Shown here: positions 19,538 to 27,117 of the stretch, piece by piece | Layout: the number at the start of each line of letters is the position of its first letter | How positions within the stretch are numbered: position 1 is the stretch's first letter | Virus record (IMG/VR): IMGVR_UViG_3300045285_000018 | Location: 1 to 38,671 of that record | Strand: one strand, 5' to 3' | Source of the DNA: a virus | Taxonomy: Duplodnaviria > Caudoviricetes | Length of the DNA stretch: 38,671 nucleotides | Notes under the pieces: generated by a model | What the model was told of the DNA's origin: nothing | What the model saw: the letters and a program-made list of their open reading frames with translations, nothing else | Database searches by the model: none | Translations under genes and position numbers: made by a program

Positions 19538-19962
19538 TCCAGTTCACGATACCAGGCCAGCCTGTCGCCAAGGGCCGCCCGAAGTTTTCCAACGCCGGCG
19601 GCTTCGTCAAGGCATACACGCCGGCCAAAACGCGGGCCTATGAAGCTGTGGTGGCCGCGTGCGCCATGCAGGCCATGGCAGGGCGCCCGCCGTCCGATCG
19701 GGCCATCGAAGTGCTGCTGGAACTGCGCATGGAAATCCCGGTTTCCTGGTCGAAGGCCAAACGGCTGGCAGCATCGGAAGGCAAGGTACGCGCCACGAAG
19801 AAACCCGACGCTGATAACGTGCTGAAGGGCGTCAAGGATGCCTGCAACGGCATCGTGTGGGTCGATGACAGCCAGGTGGTGGTGATCACCGTCCGCAAGC
19901 TGTACCACGCTGAACCGTGCGTTGTTATTGGCGTGCGCGAGGTCGAAGGCGATCCGGCTTAG
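19534..19962 (+). CDS. rusA: RusA-family Holliday junction resolvase
   Basis: PVAKGRP and KPDADNVLKGVKDACNGIVWVDDSQVV. Confidence 0.92.
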   Translation: MIQFTIPGQPVAKGRPKFSNAGGFVKAYTPAKTRAYEAVVAACAMQAMAGRPPSDRAIEVLLELRMEIPVSWSKAKRLAASEGKVRATKKPDADNVLKGVKDACNGIVWVDDSQVVVITVRKLYHAEPCVVIGVREVEGDPA

Positions 19963-20570
19963 GTGCCAGTCGGACGGAATGGGGCGGGATCGTTTTTGAA
20001 GATACGTGCACGCAGGGTATCGCGGCGAATCCCGAGTTCTTCCGCTACTTCGATCAGCAGGCGCCGCTGGCCGTTGTAGTCGATCCAAAGATTGTGCCGC
20101 ACGTTGCGCATGCTTTCTGATCTGGTCGACCACCGGACGTTTCCGGGTTCATAGTTGCCGTCGTTTTCGATGCGGTCGAAGTGGTAAGGCCCATCAGGTT
20201 TTGCTGGGCATTCCGCGATGAATGTTTCCGGGTTTCGCCATGCATCGCAAACGGTAATGCCGCGTTCGCCGTAGTTTTTGTATTCGTGGCTTTCTGGATT
20301 CAGGCAGCGCCGCATCATGTCTTTCCAGACCGAGTAAAGCGGAGTTTTGCTCAAGCAATGCGAACTTGACCGGGCCAGCAGACCTTCGATTTTCAGGCAC
20401 CCGCAGCTACGCGTTTTACCGTTTTTCAAGCTGGTTGCGGTCACTATCTTGACCTTGCCGCAGTCGCACAAAACTTCGCACATGCTGTGACTTTTGATGA
20501 CGCCAAGGCTTGTGACGACAGTGAGGCGGTCAAATTTCTGGCCGGGTTCGATGGTGATTGGCTTTGGCAT
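19959..20570 (-). CDS. Free-standing HNH homing-endonuclease-like protein
   Basis: CDCGK, TRSCGC, YKNYGERGITVC and DRIENDGNYEPGNVRW; antisense to its neighbours. Confidence 0.8.
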   Translation of the reverse strand: MPKPITIEPGQKFDRLTVVTSLGVIKSHSMCEVLCDCGKVKIVTATSLKNGKTRSCGCLKIEGLLARSSSHCLSKTPLYSVWKDMMRRCLNPESHEYKNYGERGITVCDAWRNPETFIAECPAKPDGPYHFDRIENDGNYEPGNVRWSTRSESMRNVRHNLWIDYNGQRRLLIEVAEELGIRRDTLRARIFKNDPAPFRPTGT

Positions 20571-20717
20571 TGGGAAACTTTCATGAAATATACAGTTCAA
20601 AGTCTAGCACAACAAAGAAGTTTTAAAAGTTCCGCGAATTTGATTGACCTATATTAATGAACTGTGCGAATATTCGTTTGTCGGTGGTGGGCACTGATGA
20701 AAAACTAAACATCCTCT

Positions 20718-20799
20718 GAGGCCGTTTAGTTCTCGACTTTCTAGCGGTTCGACCGCAACTTGCCCACCAAGGAAAGTCCGAGAACTAAGCGGCCTTTTT
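20718..20799 (+). ncRNA. C4/CI-like cloverleaf antisense RNA ending in a terminator-like U-tract
   Basis: Long stem aggccgtttagttctcg-actttc / gaaagt-c-cgagaactaagcggcct enclosing the hairpins gcggt-tcg-accgc and cttg-cccac-caag; tgcccacca (20761-20769) is complementary to 20685-20693. Confidence 0.65.
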
Positions 20800-21000
20800 G
20801 CGTTCTGCCACCGACCACTACCCGCCTGGGAATGCAAACAACAGGGGCGCGCGGTGAAGCTGTACTGGTGGTCAGGGGGGTAGCACAGCAAACCGGCGGC
20901 GAAGAAAGCACCGGTCCCCGAAAAGGCTTTCGCGTCTGAGGCTCCGTATACGGGTATCAGTAAAGGGTGTGGTCTAAGGCTGCGCCCATCCACCGAACCG
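20800..21000 (+). ncRNA. Putative second structured RNA domain
   Basis: Several stems, some rich in G-U pairs; G6 tract at 20875-20880; no credible ORF. Confidence 0.45.
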
Positions 21001-21059
21001 GGTATGAAGTAAAGCAGTGAAACTTGATGAACTTCGAAACTAAACTTTAAAGGAAATAT

Positions 21060-21716
21060 ATGAACACCATGGTGAGCCGCGAGATTGCAAAAAAGGTGCT
21101 TGAGGTTGTTGATGCCGGACTGGTTAGCGGGAAGGGAAAGCCGATCCCCGGCCAGATGTGCGTCGAAGCGGCGGTGTGCTACGCCATGGGCCTTCCCCAC
21201 AGTGATGAACCGAAGTGCGTAGGCGAAGCTGTGCGTGTCTTCAAAATCCGGTTGAATGATTCGAAGTGGCCGACCGATGCCGACCGCACGAAAGGCATGC
21301 GCAAGCTGGCGATTGCCCAGCTGGGCAGCGACACGATCGACCAAATGGCGTTTGCCAAGCATGTGGCACTTGAGTGCCAGCGCCGTGTGCTGCCGCTGGC
21401 GCTGCGCCGCGCCGCCAGCTTCAAAGGCCCATTCGCTGAACGCCTTGAGGCTGCCGCCGTTGTCTTCGAATCTGCAACCACACTTGCAGAGGCTGACAGC
21501 GCTACGCGCGCCGCGCGAGCGCTGACAAAGGAGAGTCGCGCCGACGACTACGCCGACGACTACGCCGACGCCTACGCCTACGCCAACGCCAACGCCAAGG
21601 ATTTCCTCCTACAGGTTTTGAACCTGACGGCTGAAATTGGTCTGGAAGCACTGATCGCCTGCAAGTCGCCAGGCTGCGAATGGCTGGACCTGTGCGATGA
21701 AACGGTAGAGGCGTGA
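21060..21716 (+). CDS. Hypothetical protein with Ala-(Asp/Tyr/Asn) repeats
   Basis: AAGGA RBS; MCVEAAVC...HSDEPKCV; 218 aa. Confidence 0.7.
   Translation: MNTMVSREIAKKVLEVVDAGLVSGKGKPIPGQMCVEAAVCYAMGLPHSDEPKCVGEAVRVFKIRLNDSKWPTDADRTKGMRKLAIAQLGSDTIDQMAFAKHVALECQRRVLPLALRRAASFKGPFAERLEAAAVVFESATTLAEADSATRAARALTKESRADDYADDYADAYAYANANAKDFLLQVLNLTAEIGLEALIACKSPGCEWLDLCDETVEA
21540..21599 (+). repeat. In-frame degenerate hexamer tandem repeat
   Basis: gccgac gactac gccgac gactac gccgac gcctac gcctac gccaac gccaac gccaag. Confidence 0.85.
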
Positions 21717-22228
21717 TCATGGTCGACTTCGCCAACCTGCGCGCGCTTGCGAGCATCGGCGCCGCGCCGCGCATCATGGTCGACCGGCTGGACCTGGTGG
21801 AACTGCTGGCCGAAGTCGACGCGCTGCGCGCCGCGGTGCCGGCGAAGAAGGCCAGGGCGAAGAAGCAACCGACCGAGCCAGCATTGTGCACGCTGCCGGC
21901 CTGGCTGCCGCTGGATGCCTGGAACGCCTTCCTGGAAATGCGGAAGAAAATCAAGAAACCGCCGACCAACTACGCCCAGGAATTGCTGATCAAAAAGCTG
22001 GCCGCGTTCTATGCCAACGATCTGGACCCTGGTGTGATCCTGAACCAGTCGACGCTGAACGGATGGCAAGACCTGTACGCACCGCGCGAACCAAGCACCG
22101 CGCGCGTGCAGCGCCCTGGCGCCGTGCAGGTGGCCGACCAGAACCGCGCCAACAATGCCGAAGCGCTGCGCCTGCTGGGCCAACCGATGTTCGCTGACGA
22201 CGGAATGACGATCGAGGCCACACGATGA
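21713..22228 (+). CDS. Protein resembling the C-terminal domain of phage replication initiators
   Basis: LPAWLPLDAWNAFLEMRKKIKKPPT...ILNQSTLNGWQDLY resembles, from recall, the C-terminus of lambdoid O-like proteins; no winged-HTH N-terminus. Confidence 0.6.
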   Translation: MIMVDFANLRALASIGAAPRIMVDRLDLVELLAEVDALRAAVPAKKARAKKQPTEPALCTLPAWLPLDAWNAFLEMRKKIKKPPTNYAQELLIKKLAAFYANDLDPGVILNQSTLNGWQDLYAPREPSTARVQRPGAVQVADQNRANNAEALRLLGQPMFADDGMTIEATR

Positions 22229-22890
22229 ACCAGCAGGATGCGCAGGCATTCTTCGAACTGCTGGATGCAACCTACGACGTGATCGGCGTCGGCCCTGCGA
22301 AGATCATCAGCCCAGGCGCCAAGGCGATGTTTTTCGAAGACCTGGAACGCTACCCGCTTGACCTGATCCGCGCATCGCTGGCGGCACACCGCCAAGACCC
22401 GGAGCGCGGCAAGTTCACGCCGAAGCCCGCGGATATCGTGTACCAGATCGAGCGGCGCCGGAAGGTATCCTGGCTGTCGGCAGATGAAGCATGGTCCCAG
22501 GTGCCGAAGATCGAGGGCCAGCCCGGCCTGCTGAACGACGTTACCGCCCAGGCGCTGGCCGTGGCCCAGCAGTTCCTGACGCTGCCGCGGCCCGACCTGA
22601 CCGCGGCCAGGATGGCGTTCAAGGGCTGCTACGATCGCCTGGTCGAGCGCGCCAAGCTGGAGCGGCGCGGCCCGGTGTACTTCGTGTCTCCTGGTGGCAG
22701 CTTCGATGAGCAGCAAGCCGTCGTCGACGAAGGCGTGCGCATGGGTTTGCTGCCAAGACTGGACGTCACCCCCCAGCAAATGCTTGCATCCGGCACGCGC
22801 ACGCACGGCGCCAAGCCCGACCTGAAAGCGCTGTTGCTATCCCTGAACGACAAGACCATGCCACCACCGGAGGCGCAAGACTATGATTAA
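22225..22890 (+). CDS. Putative helicase-loader-like protein (P position)
   Basis: H...PERGKFTPKPADI, SADEAW and AARMAFKGCYDRLV; coupled to the O-like gene. Confidence 0.55.
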   Translation: MNQQDAQAFFELLDATYDVIGVGPAKIISPGAKAMFFEDLERYPLDLIRASLAAHRQDPERGKFTPKPADIVYQIERRRKVSWLSADEAWSQVPKIEGQPGLLNDVTAQALAVAQQFLTLPRPDLTAARMAFKGCYDRLVERAKLERRGPVYFVSPGGSFDEQQAVVDEGVRMGLLPRLDVTPQQMLASGTRTHGAKPDLKALLLSLNDKTMPPPEAQDYD

Positions 22891-23851
22891 CGAAATCCAT
22901 TTCGGCGACTGCCGCGTCAGCCTACGCGCCATGGCCGCCGCCGGCGTCAAGGTTCAGACCTGTATCACTTCACCGCCCTACTTCGGACTACGCGACTACG
23001 GCCACGCTGGACAGATCGGACTGGAAGATACGCCCGAGCAGTTTATCGCCGAATTAGTCGAAGTGTTTCGGTGCGTACGCGACGTGCTGGCCGACGACGG
23101 CACGCTGTGGGTAAACATCGGCGACAGCTACGCCACCGGTTCAAAATGGGGCGGCAGCACAGGCGGGAAAGCTGCATTGGGGATCCACGGAGCGGGCGGC
23201 GGCGGGCGTAACCGGACCAAACCAGGGCTTCCCGATAAAAATCTGATCGGCATCCCCTGGCGCCTTGCATTTGCTTTGCAGGCGGATGGGTGGATTCTTC
23301 GCCAGGACATCATCTGGCACAAACCGAACCCGATGCCGGAATCGGTGACGGACCGCTGCACCAAGGCGCACGAGTACGTTTTCCTGCTGTCGAAGGGGCC
23401 GCGCTACTACTTTGATTCCGAAGCAGTTCGCGAAGAAAGTAAAACCGCATGGAGTAGCGCCAAAGGCTTTAGCGAAAAAGGCCAAGCAGCACGTTCCGCC
23501 GGAATTGAAGGGCACCGTAACGGCGCAGGAGAACATTCTGAAGAAATGAAAGAAGGCCGCAACCGCCGCAGCGTGTGGACGATCGCCACTAAACCGTACA
23601 AGGGCGCCCACTTCGCCGTGTTCCCTTCGGCACTTGTCGAGCCGTGCATTCTGGCGGGAAGCCGTCCCGGCGATGTAGTTCTTGATCCGTTCATGGGCAG
23701 CGGCACGACGGCCGCCGTGGCGATCGAGCACGGCCGCCAGTTCATCGGCTGCGAACTGAACTCCGATTACAAGCCGCTTCAGGACGCGCGCATAACAGAT
23801 GCTAAAGCAGATGTATTTGAAAAAACACAGCAACAGGAGATGTTTGCATGA
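22883..23851 (+). CDS. DNA methyltransferase, beta class (SPPY; N4-C/N6-A)
   Basis: TSPPY, HFAVFP and VLDPFMGSGTT. Confidence 0.93.
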   Translation: MINEIHFGDCRVSLRAMAAAGVKVQTCITSPPYFGLRDYGHAGQIGLEDTPEQFIAELVEVFRCVRDVLADDGTLWVNIGDSYATGSKWGGSTGGKAALGIHGAGGGGRNRTKPGLPDKNLIGIPWRLAFALQADGWILRQDIIWHKPNPMPESVTDRCTKAHEYVFLLSKGPRYYFDSEAVREESKTAWSSAKGFSEKGQAARSAGIEGHRNGAGEHSEEMKEGRNRRSVWTIATKPYKGAHFAVFPSALVEPCILAGSRPGDVVLDPFMGSGTTAAVAIEHGRQFIGCELNSDYKPLQDARITDAKADVFEKTQQQEMFA

Positions 23852-24207
23852 ACGCTGAAACCCAGGTCGACAACACCACTTGCAACGCCAGCGGCTGCCC
23901 GATGGTCGCCACCAACAGCCGCAGCACCAACGGCGGCGGCGAATGGCTGTGCTTTATCCACTTCGCCACCGACCACGCCGACCGCTACCACGTCACCGCT
24001 GAACTGGTGCGCCTGCGCTGGCTGGTCGACATTGTGCGCTGCCTGCGCGCCGGCCAGCCGCTGACCGCCGACCAGCACCAGAACTTCGTACTGGCGCAGC
24101 GCAGCGACCTAAAACAGAAGGAAAGCGAGTGGCCGCGTGACTGGATGATCCGGCTGGAAGGCGTGCTGCAGCAGTCGTGCCGCGACAGCTTGGTGCAGCC
24201 AGCATGA
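23848..24207 (+). CDS. Hypothetical protein with a Cys/His motif
   Basis: CNASGCP...WLCFIH; ATGA-coupled. Confidence 0.6.
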   Translation: MNAETQVDNTTCNASGCPMVATNSRSTNGGGEWLCFIHFATDHADRYHVTAELVRLRWLVDIVRCLRAGQPLTADQHQNFVLAQRSDLKQKESEWPRDWMIRLEGVLQQSCRDSLVQPA

Positions 24208-24860
24208 CGCCGGTAATTATCGGGGACGCCACCCTGTACTGTGGCGACTGCGAAGACCTGCTGTCAATCATCGGCAAGGTCGACGCGGTAATCACGGACC
24301 CGCCGTATGGCTTGGGCAAGCGCATGCAGGGCGGCACATGGGGCGCGAAGGAAGAATTTAAAAACATGGTGGTGTGGGACAAATCAGCGCCGAAGGTGGA
24401 ATTTCTTTTGCAGCTTGCGAACCTGGCCGAAATCGCCGTGTTTTGGGGGGGGAATTACTACGGCCTTCCGCCAACGCGCTGCTGGCTGGTGTGGGACAAA
24501 CAGAACGCGGTGCCTACCATGGCTGACTGCGAAATTGCATGGACCAGCCTAGACGCCAACACGAAGCGGAAAAGCCATCCGGTGGGGCGCGTGCTGAACG
24601 GCCATCCTTCCGAAAAGCCACTAGCGCTGATGCTCTGGACGCTGCAGACCGTCAAAGCCAAGGGCGTGATTTTCGACCCGTACATGGGTTCAGGTACTAC
24701 CGGGGTGGCGGCCATTCAATCCGGCGAGTCTTTCATCGGGATCGAGCGCGATCCGCAGTATTTCGATATTGCTTGTCAGCGCATCGAGCAGGCCGTGGCA
24801 CAGGGCCAACTATTCGCGCCGCCGGCGCCAACCCAGCAGATACAGGAGTCTTTTCTGTGA
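24204..24860 (+). CDS. DNA methyltransferase, beta class (DPPY; likely N6-A)
   Basis: TDPPY, HPSEKP and FDPYMGSGTTG. Confidence 0.92.
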   Translation: MTPVIIGDATLYCGDCEDLLSIIGKVDAVITDPPYGLGKRMQGGTWGAKEEFKNMVVWDKSAPKVEFLLQLANLAEIAVFWGGNYYGLPPTRCWLVWDKQNAVPTMADCEIAWTSLDANTKRKSHPVGRVLNGHPSEKPLALMLWTLQTVKAKGVIFDPYMGSGTTGVAAIQSGESFIGIERDPQYFDIACQRIEQAVAQGQLFAPPAPTQQIQESFL

Positions 24861-25240
24861 CGCCGTTCGAACTGATCGCCCTGAAACAGAAGGTCGGCCA
24901 CGACTACGCCGACGAAGCCGCGCTGTTCGTGCTGATCCACTTCGACGCCGCGCACCGCGGCCAGCTGGGCGCCATCGGCTACAACTTCATCAGCCGGCAC
25001 CTGGTGCAGGCGCAATTCATCTTCGCCAAGCTGCGCCAGCCCGCGCTGTTGGACGTGGTGCGCGTGGCCGGCGAAGCCTGGCAGCGAGCCGGCGCGCGCG
25101 ATGGCGAGTTCGCCAGCTTGACCACTGCCGAATATGGCGCCATGCGCGCCGGCCTGCGCGTGTACCTGCGCACGCTGCACAAGATCGAGGCCGGCACCTA
25201 CCGGCAGGCCTGCAACGTGGCCGACCAGGTTATGCAGTAA
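24857..25240 (+). CDS. Hypothetical protein (127 aa)
   Basis: AGGAG RBS and GTGA coupling; MTPFELIALKQKVG... Confidence 0.6.
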   Translation: MTPFELIALKQKVGHDYADEAALFVLIHFDAAHRGQLGAIGYNFISRHLVQAQFIFAKLRQPALLDVVRVAGEAWQRAGARDGEFASLTTAEYGAMRAGLRVYLRTLHKIEAGTYRQACNVADQVMQ

Positions 25241-25284
25241 CGCGCAGTCGGCCCGCGTCCTGGCCGACACATCAAAGGGAACAC

Positions 25285-25557
25285 ATGGAAACTTTCACCC
25301 AGCCGAAAATTACCGGCTACCGTCAACTGACCGAAGAAGAGGTGGCGCTTATGAACGAAGGTAAAGCGCTGGCCGAACAGTGCGGTGCCTACATCGCCAA
25401 GCTGCGCGCGCGGGATGCTGAAATTGGCCGTACACCGCCAGCATGCGCTGACGCGCCGCGCCAACTCGATCAGCGCTGGATCAGCATTGGCGCCACCGAC
25501 TTGCAGCGCGGCTTCATGGCCGTGATTCGCGGCATTGCGCAGCCAACCACGTTCTAA
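25285..25557 (+). CDS. acb2: Anti-CBASS Acb2-like cyclic-oligonucleotide sponge
   Basis: KITGYRQLTEEEVALMNEGK...RWISIGATDLQRGFMAVIRGIAQPTTF matches the Acb2 pattern as I recall it (KIxGYRxL..RW..IG.TD.Q.G.MA.IR.IAQP..F); 90 aa; AAGGGA RBS. Confidence 0.85.
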   Translation: METFTQPKITGYRQLTEEEVALMNEGKALAEQCGAYIAKLRARDAEIGRTPPACADAPRQLDQRWISIGATDLQRGFMAVIRGIAQPTTF

Positions 25558-25617
25558 ACTGCCAGTCTGGCCGGCACGCCGCCCCGCCGACCTGGGGCGG
25601 CACAATAGGAGTTGACC

Positions 25618-25764
25618 ATGTTGCAGACAGAAGACCGCGACGGCACCAAAGCCGAAATGGAACGCATTGAAAAAGAGCGCTTGAAGCAATTCAAGGATGA
25701 CAAGGAAAAACAGGAAGCTGCCGAAAAGCAGCCCGCCGCCGGAAAATCAAAGGACAAGCCATGA
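25618..25764 (+). CDS. Small highly charged protein (48 aa)
   Basis: Below the ORF-track cutoff; AGGAG RBS; MLQTEDRDGTKAEMERIEKERLKQF...; stop overlaps the next ATG. Confidence 0.6.
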   Translation: MLQTEDRDGTKAEMERIEKERLKQFKDDKEKQEAAEKQPAAGKSKDKP

Positions 25765-26309
25765 AATTTACGCATATCGCCAACCCGGTGGCCGTCACCG
25801 CTCGCACCATCCTGGGCTTGGAGTTGATCACCGAAGGCGCCATGCTGTCGCTGGATGATATCAGCAACTATTTTGCCAGCAATTCCATGCTGTCGCGCTA
25901 CACGCCTGTGCCAGGCGACTACCTGGTGACCCAGGATGACGGTTACGAATATGTGAACCCGAAAGCTGTTTTCGAACGCAAATATTCACCGATCATTGAT
26001 CTGCCAGATACGCCGCCGCAGCTGGTGCCTGGCGCGCAGATGTGCTTTTCCGGCGCCCTGCTGCACCTGAAGGGCGGCGCCTGTATCGCGCGCAAGGGAT
26101 GGAACGGCCAAAACATGTTCGTGTACATGGTGCCAGCGAACAGCTACCTGGCGCAGACTGATGCGGCCAAGGCCAGGTTTGGTGTCGGCGCTATGGTGCC
26201 GTACAACGCCTACCTGGCCCTGGTCGGTGTCGACGGCAGCGTCAGCACCTGGGCGCCGAGCGTGGGCGACACGCTGGCCGAAGACTGGATGATCGTCCAG
26301 CCTCTGTAA
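25761..26309 (+). CDS. DUF2829 / Tad2-like anti-Thoeris sponge fused to an extra N-terminal domain
   Basis: FSGALLHLKGG..IARKGWNGQNMF...WAPSVGDTLAEDW is the DUF2829 pattern; N-domain GDYLVTQDDGYEYVNPKAVFERKY. Confidence 0.8.
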   Translation: MKFTHIANPVAVTARTILGLELITEGAMLSLDDISNYFASNSMLSRYTPVPGDYLVTQDDGYEYVNPKAVFERKYSPIIDLPDTPPQLVPGAQMCFSGALLHLKGGACIARKGWNGQNMFVYMVPANSYLAQTDAAKARFGVGAMVPYNAYLALVGVDGSVSTWAPSVGDTLAEDWMIVQPL

Positions 26310-26358
26310 TCCGGGCCGCCGCGCCCCGCACCGCGCGGCACATCACAAGGAAAACAAA

Positions 26359-26946
26359 ATGCAATTTGAAACCATCTTCGTTCTGCTGTTTGCCTTTGCG
26401 GTGCTGGTCTTCCTGTACGCGCGGCGCCACATCATCGGTACGCTGCAGAAGGAAAACCAGGAACTGCACAAGCGCAATGACAAGCTGACCCACATAGTTG
26501 ATCGCCAGCGCATGGAAATCAACCGGCTGACGGATGAAAACACCAGGGAGTTGCGCGCCCGTCAACTGTCGTCCCTGGTGGCTAAGTCCGTCGAAGCACC
26601 GCGCGGCCAGGTCAGCATGATGCACATGGCCCAGGAGCAGGAAAGGGCGGCCAGGCGCCGATACGACCAGTCCAGCCTGCCGCAGCACGACGCCACCGCC
26701 CAAGCACTGCAGGACGTTGCAATCCATGGCATCAGCGTCCAGCGTGTTGAACCTGATGGCAGCAGCACCCGCGTGGCGCCGGCAGATTTGTACATGGGCA
26801 GCGGAGGAACATTTGACGGCGGCGGCGCTTCGGGAGACTATACGCCGGCACCAAGCAGTTGCGATTCGTCATCTAGTTCTAGCAGCAGCGACAGTTCATC
26901 GTCATGCAGCAGTTCGGATAGCAGTAGCAGCAGTTCATTCGACTGA
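26359..26946 (+). CDS. Membrane-anchored protein with coiled coil and Gly/Ser-rich tail
   Basis: N-terminal TM helix; GSGGTFDGGGASGDY; poly-Ser C-terminus. Confidence 0.7.
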   Translation: MQFETIFVLLFAFAVLVFLYARRHIIGTLQKENQELHKRNDKLTHIVDRQRMEINRLTDENTRELRARQLSSLVAKSVEAPRGQVSMMHMAQEQERAARRRYDQSSLPQHDATAQALQDVAIHGISVQRVEPDGSSTRVAPADLYMGSGGTFDGGGASGDYTPAPSSCDSSSSSSSSDSSSSCSSSDSSSSSSFD

Positions 26947-26966
26947 CCAACCCAAGGGGAAACCAC

Positions 26967-27056
26967 ATGTATGTCGCCGCCTACCTGATCATCGGCCTGG
27001 CCGCCAGCATCCTGTTTGGCCTGGTTGCGCGCTGGGGCAGCACCGGTTCAAGTTGA
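26967..27056 (+). CDS. 29-aa single-TM peptide
   Basis: AAGGGGA RBS; MYVAAYLIIGLAASILFGLVARWGSTGSS. Confidence 0.5.
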   Translation: MYVAAYLIIGLAASILFGLVARWGSTGSS

Positions 27057-27117
27057 CGCCCGACAACAGCCGGATTACACTTTGTCCGGTTCTCAAGTGT
27101 CCCAACAGCCACTATTC

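Noticed and set aside
20644-20674. Promoter for the RNA leader (TTGACC at 20644)
   Set aside because: Good -35 but no convincing -10 at canonical spacing, so not listed as a feature, although a promoter nearby is likely.
20718-20796. tRNA gene
   Set aside because: It contains GGTTCGA but has a very long closing stem and only two inner hairpins, with no D or anticodon arm layout.
20649-21362. 237-aa minus-strand ORF across the structured region
   Set aside because: It overlaps the RBS-supported 21060 gene in antisense and has no recognisable protein features.
21540-21599. CRISPR array or DGR variable repeat
   Set aside because: No spacers, no template-repeat copy and no reverse transcriptase seen; it is an in-frame coding microsatellite.
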